A model generated the notes under the pieces. The model was not told the DNA's origin and searched no databases. It saw only the letters and a program-made list of their open reading frames with translations. The position numbers and the translations under genes are program-made. A DNA stretch of 63,376 nucleotides, counting the filler, from a bacterium (lineage in GTDB: Bacteria > JACRDZ01 > JAQUKH01): NCBI GenBank assembly GCA_028719205.1. It is 4 parts of 4 records of this genome, joined end to end, with 100 filler letters (N's around TTAATTAATTAA, not from the genome) between each part and the next. Parts side by side here need not be neighbours in the genome. Positions count along the whole stretch, not along the records: positions 49,246 to 63,376 come from JAQUKH010000047.1; 3 more parts are not named here. One strand, written 5' to 3'. Within the stretch, counting starts at the first letter, position 1. The number at the start of each line of letters is the position of its first letter. Of this stretch, positions 57,229 to 63,376 are shown piece by piece.

Positions 57229-57966
57229 TTAATAATATACTTTCATAAGATACAACCCGCCGGCAGGAAGCAAAAGCCATTTTTCTTTCATAGGGATACT
57301 CCCTTTTAACGCTTTTTCCACTACATCAAGCCCTATCCTGCCGCGGCCCACATCCACAAGTATACCGCCTATTAATCTGACCATTCCTCTTAAAAAACTT
57401 TCCCCTGAAATATCTAAAATAATCTTATTTTGTTTAGAAACAATATCTAATTTATATATATTTCTGACTGTTTTTATTTTTTTCCGTGTTCTATCCGTTA
57501 ATGAAAATTTTTTAAAATTGTATTCCCCGATAAAAAGACCCGCCGCTTTTTGCATAGCATCCAAATCCAGCTTATAAGGACAATGATAAACTAATCCATT
57601 TTCAAAAACCGAATGTTCCTTAGCGATAACATAACGGTAATCCTTTTTTTTTGCGGAAAACCGGCTGTGAAATTCAAGATCCGTTTCAACTGCCTTCAAA
57701 ATATAAATATCATCCGGCAATAAAGTGTTTAAAGCCCGTTTAATCCCGTCAACCGGGATCTTTTTTTTAGTTAAAAAATTAAAAACCTGCCCTTTTGCGT
57801 TAACCCCTGCGTCTGTCCGCCCGGACACTATCAAATCCGGTTTTTCTTTTATTATTTTTTCCAAACAATCTAATAAAATACCTTCAATTGTTAAATGTCC
57901 CGGCTGCCTTGCCCAGCCGCGATAATTAGCGCCGCAATACTCCAACGTTATCTTAATATTTCGCAT
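57229..57966 (-). CDS. truA: tRNA pseudouridine(38-40) synthase
   Basis: GWARQ, SGRTDAGV, FHSRFSA, FLRGMVR, GLYL. Confidence 0.95.
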   Translation of the reverse strand: MRNIKITLEYCGANYRGWARQPGHLTIEGILLDCLEKIIKEKPDLIVSGRTDAGVNAKGQVFNFLTKKKIPVDGIKRALNTLLPDDIYILKAVETDLEFHSRFSAKKKDYRYVIAKEHSVFENGLVYHCPYKLDLDAMQKAAGLFIGEYNFKKFSLTDRTRKKIKTVRNIYKLDIVSKQNKIILDISGESFLRGMVRLIGGILVDVGRGRIGLDVVEKALKGSIPMKEKWLLLPAGGLYLMKVYY

Positions 57967-58043
57967 TTTTCTATTGACTAAATTCCAGTAACCAGTAAAA
58001 TAACAGCTTGCAACAAGTGGGTCATGCCCCCTTGTTCTACACT

Positions 58044-58649
58044 ATGACTATGCTCAAACAAAACAAAACTATAATTTTGGCTTCCGCCTCTCCCAGACGA
58101 AAAATATTATTAAAAAGCATGGGAATTAAATTCAAAGCCATTCCCGCGGATGTTAAAGAAAACCTATCATCCTCCAAACTTTCCCCTTCCCGGCTGGCCG
58201 TTAACCTTGCGTTAAAAAAAGCAAATTATATCTTCAAAAAAAATAAAAATTCAAAAAAAATAAAAAACAGCATAATTATTGGGGCAGACACGATCATAGT
58301 TCTTGGAAAAAAAATATTAGGTAAGCCAAAAAACAAAAAAGATGCCTTCCGGATACTCTCTCTCTTATCCGGTAAAAAACATCTTGTTATTACTGGTCTA
58401 GCCCTTATTGATACAGGATCATCAAAATTTATTTCCGGCTTCGCGAAAAGCACGGTCTGGTTTAAAATACTCTCCCCGCAAATAATTAATGAATATATCA
58501 AAACCTCTGAACCCGCGGATAAAGCCGGCGCTTATGCCTTACAAGGCAAAGGACGGCTTTTAATCTCCAAAATATCGGGCCCGGAAGATAATATTATCGG
58601 CCTGCCAAGAGAAAAACTTAAAAATATGTTAAGTAAATTTATTAACTAA
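58044..58649 (+). CDS. maf: Maf-family nucleotide pyrophosphatase
   Basis: LASASPRR, GADT, LGKP, DKAGAY, NIIGLP; ATG 58044 or 58050. Confidence 0.93.
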   Translation: MTMLKQNKTIILASASPRRKILLKSMGIKFKAIPADVKENLSSSKLSPSRLAVNLALKKANYIFKKNKNSKKIKNSIIIGADTIIVLGKKILGKPKNKKDAFRILSLLSGKKHLVITGLALIDTGSSKFISGFAKSTVWFKILSPQIINEYIKTSEPADKAGAYALQGKGRLLISKISGPEDNIIGLPREKLKNMLSKFIN

Positions 58650-59980
58650 AAATTATAGGAACCTGATAAATTAAAAGCATAATTCAAGGTTTTGATCTTC
58701 TCAATATGGTATGCTCCATCCGCACCTAAATTAGTTACCCTGCCGTTTCCCCAGCCATATTTAATTCCAAATACCATTGTTGAATTCTGAGAAAGAATAC
58801 CTGAACTGACCGTCACACCATAATTATCAACATGGATCGGCTGCCGCGCTAAATCACCGTTATTATCCAGCTTAGAACCTGAAACCTTTGGAGCAGTAGA
58901 CTTGTCAGTAAAGAACCCGAATCTAAAAGGGATATTGTTATCCAGCATGTACTCTGTCCCAAAATTTATATTAAAGACATTTTTCAACTCAATCCGGTCT
59001 GTTTTTTCCTCATACGTTGTTAAGGTCGCAGTATCTAAACCGTATGTTTTTGTATTATAATCCGTTTCCGGTTGATAAGAGATATCTGCGGCAAAATTTA
59101 TTTTTTTACTAGCCTGCCAGCTTGACCCTAAAACAATAACAGGAGGAACTATTGAATTATATTTAACTTGATTTTCTGAATAGGCGTTATTAAAACCATT
59201 CAATGAGGGGCTTAGCCCCGAACCAAATTTATAGTTCCTGTTCATAATATCTATTGTATTAGCTGAACTGGTATTTAATTTTAATGATAATCCTAATTTA
59301 ATCTCATTCCCAGGTTTATATAATAAACCAAATATTCCCATCCCGCCCAAAGCCTTTCCACTCTTTTCCAAATTGTCTTCCATTATAAATTTAGCTCCGC
59401 TGGTATCCAGATTAAAATACTGGGTGTTGCGTTCAGAAATATTCGAATATCGTAAATACAAAGTAGCCCCAAAAGATAAATTTGGATTTATTTTCTTCGC
59501 GATACTCGGGCCGATTAAATAAGTTTGATCGTTATTTGTCTGATCAATCCTTATCGCATTAAAAGGCAATGAAATATACTGTATATCATTATAATGTTCA
59601 TGCATTTCAGAGGCATCAAATTCAGGAACTACAATGGAAAAACCGAATTTATACCCCCCTACATCTTTTGCAAATCCCCAAAATGAAGGCACAAAAGACA
59701 TAGAAGTAAGTTTTGTATCACGGTCAACAAATTTTCCTTTGATTTCTTTATATTCAATAATCTGTGAAGAAACAGAAAGATAGGCTATTTTTAACTGGGT
59801 TAATCCGGCTGGGTTATAATAACAGGCTTCCGCGCCATCTCCAATCGCGACAAATGTTCCGCCTAAGCCTGCAGCCTTTTCACCAACTAAAACCTGCTGA
59901 TTATGATACTCGTCCGCGGATATCGGGCATGCAAATAAGATATTAACGCATAAAAATAAGAAAATTGATTTTTTACTCAT
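58646..59980 (-). CDS. Outer-membrane beta-barrel protein (FadL/OmpP1-like)
   Basis: Signal peptide, GEKAAGLGGTFVA...YYNPAGL hatch motif, C-terminal YNF. Confidence 0.8.
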   Translation of the reverse strand: MSKKSIFLFLCVNILFACPISADEYHNQQVLVGEKAAGLGGTFVAIGDGAEACYYNPAGLTQLKIAYLSVSSQIIEYKEIKGKFVDRDTKLTSMSFVPSFWGFAKDVGGYKFGFSIVVPEFDASEMHEHYNDIQYISLPFNAIRIDQTNNDQTYLIGPSIAKKINPNLSFGATLYLRYSNISERNTQYFNLDTSGAKFIMEDNLEKSGKALGGMGIFGLLYKPGNEIKLGLSLKLNTSSANTIDIMNRNYKFGSGLSPSLNGFNNAYSENQVKYNSIVPPVIVLGSSWQASKKINFAADISYQPETDYNTKTYGLDTATLTTYEEKTDRIELKNVFNINFGTEYMLDNNIPFRFGFFTDKSTAPKVSGSKLDNNGDLARQPIHVDNYGVTVSSGILSQNSTMVFGIKYGWGNGRVTNLGADGAYHIEKIKTLNYAFNLSGSYNF

Positions 59981-60012
59981 TTTTATTCATCCTCCTATTT
60001 GCTATTTTTAAA

Positions 60013-60089
<77 letters not shown>

Positions 60090-60146
60090 GCGCTATTTAA
60101 AATCGATCTAACTCTTTTCCCGTTCGAGTCTAACTATATACTAAAA

Positions 60147-60223
60147 TGGTGGGCAATACAGGACTCGAACCTGTGGCATCCTGCGTGTAAGGCAGGCGCT
60201 CTAACCAACTGAGCTAATCGCCC
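60147..60223 (-). tRNA. tRNA-Val (TAC)
   Basis: GGGCGATTAGCTCAGTTGGTTAGAGCGCCTGCCTTACACGCAGG...TTGCCCACCA. Confidence 0.95.
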
Positions 60224-60247
60224 GAAATTAAATTCTTACCAATCATC

Positions 60248-60335
60248 AACCTGTGGCATAGCCGATGCAACATCGGCTCGCTCCCTGTCCGCCTCAGGCG
60301 GATAACCAATCCCGATGCATCGGGACTAATCGCCC
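60248..60335 (-). pseudogene. Degenerate tRNA-Val copy interrupted by three short palindromes
   Basis: Four exact tRNA-Val blocks in order (GGGCGATTAG, TTGGTTA, GAGCG, ATGCCACAGGTT) separated by palindromes; 3' half of T-arm and acceptor stem absent. Confidence 0.85.
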
Positions 60336-60378
60336 AAAATAAACCTAGAAATATATCTTCGGAATTTGAGATTTCATT

Positions 60379-60406
60379 ATTATACTCATTTTTTTTATTT
60401 TGTCAA
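60379..60406 (-). promoter_or_regulatory. sigma70 promoter of tRNA operon
   Basis: Minus strand TTGACA-N16-TATAAT. Confidence 0.75.
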
Positions 60407-60437
60407 GACTATGTTAAATTTTAAATATATAAAGAAA

Positions 60438-60465
60438 TTGACTTTTAAAAAACAAAGGTTATAAT
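60438..60465 (+). promoter_or_regulatory. sigma70 promoter
   Basis: TTGACT-N16-TATAAT. Confidence 0.65.
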
Positions 60466-60504
60466 ATGGGCTTGAGGGGTTTGGTCTTGAAAAAGGAGGA
60501 AAAA

Positions 60505-60834
60505 ATGGAAAAATTTTTACAAGATGTACCTGAACACAACTACTTTTGGGTACTGTCCGGGCTCAAATTAAAAAATTTAGTTGAATTGGCGGGAGCATTA
60601 GAAACTATGACGGATGAAGTTTTCAATTATCACGTAAATGAATCCAAGAACGATTTTGCCTGCTGGATAAAAGAATGTATAAAAGATACCGCTCTTGCCG
60701 AGGCATTATTGGCTACTAAATCAAAAAAAGACATAGCTAAAAAAGTAAAAGACCGGGTTGCTGAAATACAAAAACCTAAAGCTGAAATACAAAAACCTAA
60801 AAAGGATGTTATCCAGCCAAAGAAGAAAAGGTAA
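60505..60834 (+). CDS. Small DUF5752-like protein
   Basis: AGGAGG SD; F...G..LKNL.EL...LE......FNYHV....NDFA.WI......D..LA pattern; 21-bp tandem duplication 60760-60801 (AEIQKPK x2). Confidence 0.7.
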   Translation: MEKFLQDVPEHNYFWVLSGLKLKNLVELAGALETMTDEVFNYHVNESKNDFACWIKECIKDTALAEALLATKSKKDIAKKVKDRVAEIQKPKAEIQKPKKDVIQPKKKR

Positions 60835-60837
60835 TCT

Positions 60838-62034
60838 TTGAATAAAATCCCTTGTATCTGGTTAAAAAAAGACCGGGATAAGCCGGCAATGTTAAGACAT
60901 CATCCATGGATCTTTTCAGGAGCCGTAAAAAAAATAGAAAACAACCCGTCTTCCGGAGATATCGTTCGTGTAGTCGATTCGGAAGGGACTTTTATTGCGT
61001 GGGCATATTTTAATCCGCAGTCACAGATCTGCCTCAGGTTACTGGAATGGAAAGAAGAAATTCCGGTCAATGAAAGCTGGTGGTCTGAAAAACTGCTTAG
61101 CGCTGTAAAATACAGAGAATCTGTTAAAATTGATAATTCTACTTCCGCGTATCGTCTTGTCCACGCGGAATCTGATATGCTTCCAGGATTAATAGTTGAC
61201 AGGTATGGCGATTTTATTGTTCTTCAGGCGCTCACCGCAGGTATAGATAAAAGAAAATCAATTATAACTGAACATCTGAAATCCATCCTGAATCCTAAAG
61301 GAATATATGAACGCAGCGATACCGAAACCCGTAAATTAGAAGGCCTTACACCCGTTCAAGGAGTCCTTTTTGGCGAAACACCTGATAGTATAATTGAAAT
61401 CAAAGAAAATGGTTATAGGTTTAAAGTAGATATAATAAACGGACAGAAAACAGGTTTTTTCCTGGACCAGAGGGAAAATAGGAAAATTACGGCAAGCTAC
61501 GCAAAAAATCTCAAAGTATTGGAATGCTTTAGCTATACAGGAGCATTTTCGGTATACGCGTTAAACGCAGGCGCGGAATCTATGACCTGTATTGATTCTT
61601 CATCAACCGCGTTAGAGATCGCAAGACAAAATTTTGAACTTAACGGTTTAGCTTTCAAACCGGAATTAGTTTTAGGTAATACTTTTCAAATACTAAGGGA
61701 TTATCGTAACGCAGGCATCCAATTTGATATGATCATACTTGACCCGCCGAAACTCTCACCGACAAGGGCGCTCCGGGAAAAGGCTTCTCAGGCATACAAG
61801 GATGTTAACTTGCTGGCAATGAAACTATTAAAAAAGGATGGAATCCTTGCCACTTTTTCCTGTTCCAGCGGGATAGATACGGATTTTTTTAAAGAGATTT
61901 TACTGTGGGCAAGCATAGACGCACATAGGGAAATACAAATACTCAGGGAAATGCATCAGGCGGATGACCATCCTGTAAGATTATCTTTCCCCGAATCAAG
62001 CTATTTAAAAGGATTTATCTGCAGGGTGTGCTGA
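60838..62034 (+). CDS. rlmI: 23S rRNA m5C1962 methyltransferase RlmI-like
   Basis: PUA domain HPWIFSG, ESDMLPGLIVD, GQKTGFFLDQRENR, FSYTG, ILDPP, FSCS. Confidence 0.9.
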   Translation: MNKIPCIWLKKDRDKPAMLRHHPWIFSGAVKKIENNPSSGDIVRVVDSEGTFIAWAYFNPQSQICLRLLEWKEEIPVNESWWSEKLLSAVKYRESVKIDNSTSAYRLVHAESDMLPGLIVDRYGDFIVLQALTAGIDKRKSIITEHLKSILNPKGIYERSDTETRKLEGLTPVQGVLFGETPDSIIEIKENGYRFKVDIINGQKTGFFLDQRENRKITASYAKNLKVLECFSYTGAFSVYALNAGAESMTCIDSSSTALEIARQNFELNGLAFKPELVLGNTFQILRDYRNAGIQFDMIILDPPKLSPTRALREKASQAYKDVNLLAMKLLKKDGILATFSCSSGIDTDFFKEILLWASIDAHREIQILREMHQADDHPVRLSFPESSYLKGFICRVC

Positions 62035-62048
62035 TCTCGCAATCAATC

Positions 62049-62076
62049 GTAAGGGCAATTCATGAATTGCCCCTAC
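62049..62076. repeat. GTAG-type REP-like palindrome between convergent genes
   Basis: GTAAGGGCAATTCATGAATTGCCCCTAC; supplies the TAG stop of the minus-strand gene. Confidence 0.7.
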
Positions 62077-63146
62077 CTGTTTAATTCTTCATTCGCTTCA
62101 TTTACGATCTCATCCATCAGTTCTTTTACGGACACAATTTTATTTATTCTTGAAGCATTACTTCCGCAAAATACCACAGCTTCATCGATATTGCCTAAAA
62201 CCGCGTTACCCAGTGCTTTGCATATACAATAAGGCGCGGTTTTTGGATTGCAGGATTTTAAACATCTATAATTACACCTCACCGGAATCCTCTCGCCATT
62301 CATTACCCGCTCAATTAATTTAGTCTTTATCGCCCTTCCCGGCATTCCAACCGGGCTTTTTATAATAACAATATCTGAATCTTTAGAATCGATATATAAC
62401 TGTTTGAATTTTTCTGATACGGAGCATTCAAATGTGGCAACAAATCTTGTTGCTATCTGGACTCCGCTAACTCCTAACTTAATAAATCTGGCAACATCCT
62501 TTCCATCATATATTCCTCCCGCGGCGATAACAGGAATATTCAGATCAGAATCTTTTACAAATTTAATAACATCTGATACTAAATCTTCCAACTTAATATT
62601 CTTATGCACTTCCAGATCTTCCGGACTAAAACCCAAATGCCCGCCGGCTAACGGGCCCTCAACGACAATAGCATCAGGCAGGCGGTTATACCGCTTTTTC
62701 CATGACCTGATAATAAGATCCAATGCCCTTGCGGATGAAACAATCGGTATTAATTTTACTGAACTTCCCTCAGCAAATTCCGGTAACCTCATAGGTAATC
62801 CTGCGCCGGAAATAATAAAATCAGCCTTTTCTTTAACACTTATTCTGGCTAATTCCTCATAATTGCTTAATGCTACAAGTATATTTATTCCGACTACCCC
62901 ATTAGTCAGTTTCTTTGCCTCTCGAATTTCCCGTTCTAATCCTTCATGTGATGCTTTAACAAAATTTTTTTCATTTTCCGGTGTTCCAAAACCCAAAGCT
63001 ACACTCGCTATGGTACCCGCACCGCCGTAATTTGCCACCGCGCTTGCTAAAGAGGCAGTTGATACTTTAATCCCCATTCCCCCCTGGATAATCGGGATCT
63101 TCACTTCCAAATCACCAAGGATAAGAGGTTTTAATTTATTAGACAT
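62073..63146 (-). CDS. Nitronate monooxygenase/FabK-like flavoprotein
   Basis: PIIQGGMG, SGAGLP, EGPLAGGHLG, AAGGI, SPVGMPGR, C...CL..C......YCI. Confidence 0.88.
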   Translation of the reverse strand: MSNKLKPLILGDLEVKIPIIQGGMGIKVSTASLASAVANYGGAGTIASVALGFGTPENEKNFVKASHEGLEREIREAKKLTNGVVGINILVALSNYEELARISVKEKADFIISGAGLPMRLPEFAEGSSVKLIPIVSSARALDLIIRSWKKRYNRLPDAIVVEGPLAGGHLGFSPEDLEVHKNIKLEDLVSDVIKFVKDSDLNIPVIAAGGIYDGKDVARFIKLGVSGVQIATRFVATFECSVSEKFKQLYIDSKDSDIVIIKSPVGMPGRAIKTKLIERVMNGERIPVRCNYRCLKSCNPKTAPYCICKALGNAVLGNIDEAVVFCGSNASRINKIVSVKELMDEIVNEANEELNR

Positions 63147-63310
63147 AACTTAAGCCTTTCAAATATAATGGATAAATCCTTCTTTTAATATACGTTGAGA
63201 TTATCTCATAACTTACAAAAAAAGTAAAATATATATTTTAAAAAAAGTTAATATACCATAAAAATATATTAATTGATAGATATTTCAGGTAAAAACATAA
63301 ACCTTCGGCT

Positions 63311-63376
63311 TTAATTTCCATGTGTATTATGACATCCCAAACATTTAGTATGAGCTTGGTCCAGGGTATGCTTTTT
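63311..63376 (-). CDS. C-terminal fragment of a c-type cytochrome (truncated by window end)
   Basis: Minus-strand frame KKHTLDQAHTKCLGCHNTHGN* contains CxxCH. Confidence 0.6.
   Translation of the reverse strand, partial: KKHTLDQAHTKCLGCHNTHGN

Noticed and set aside
60248-60335. att site of an integrated element, or a tRNA with a novel TTG anticodon
   Set aside because: No integrase or cargo between the copies; the copy lacks the 3' T-arm, acceptor strand and U33, so it cannot be a functional tRNA.
60760-60801. 21-bp exact tandem duplication
   Set aside because: In-frame slippage in a low-complexity Lys-rich tail; no sign of wider significance.

Overview
Four contigs of an AT-rich, probably diderm anaerobic bacterial genome (MAG-like) joined by 100-nt artificial N...TTAATTAATTAA...N linkers (contigs 1-16918, 17019-33469, 33570-49145, 49246-63376); adjacency across linkers is not biological evidence. 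Contig 1: truncated CARDB-repeat protein, MiaA fused in frame to a signal-peptide/SLH module, TPR-peptidase, a flavin reductase-rubredoxin/hexaheme cytochrome/rubrerythrin operon, HEAT protein, LysM lytic transglycosylase, sppA-zapA-6S RNA-smpB-amidase-GerMN, a DUF4143 ATPase and the start of murI. Contig 2: an IS66 right end followed by a 16-kb minus-strand PVC-style glycan cluster (DegT, 2x URO-D-like, PIG-L, DUF1559/H-X9-DG, GH123-like, GH112, GH36, 2x RNase Z-like, GH15-like). Contig 3: mnmA-UPF0280-DUF39-cysK sulfur assimilation genes, Ca2+ exporters, metF, ArsR plus a CoA-disulfide reductase/rhodanese/TusA/DsrE fusion, FAH protein, cohesin-like lipoprotein and a delta-60 repeat protein. 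Contig 4: housekeeping (plsX, rpmF, yceD, nfnAB, ndk, tRNA-Ile2, rpoD, dnaG, truA, maf, FadL-like OMP, tRNA-Asp, tRNA-Val, rlmI, FabK/NMO-like, cytochrome c tail). The most unusual signals are a tandem tRNA-Val copy riddled with three short palindromic insertions, the MiaA-SLH fusion, the DUF1559 glycan locus, a 26-bp direct repeat bracketing nested hairpins, and dispersed GTAG-type REP palindromes. All calls are from motif recognition by eye; no database searches were run.
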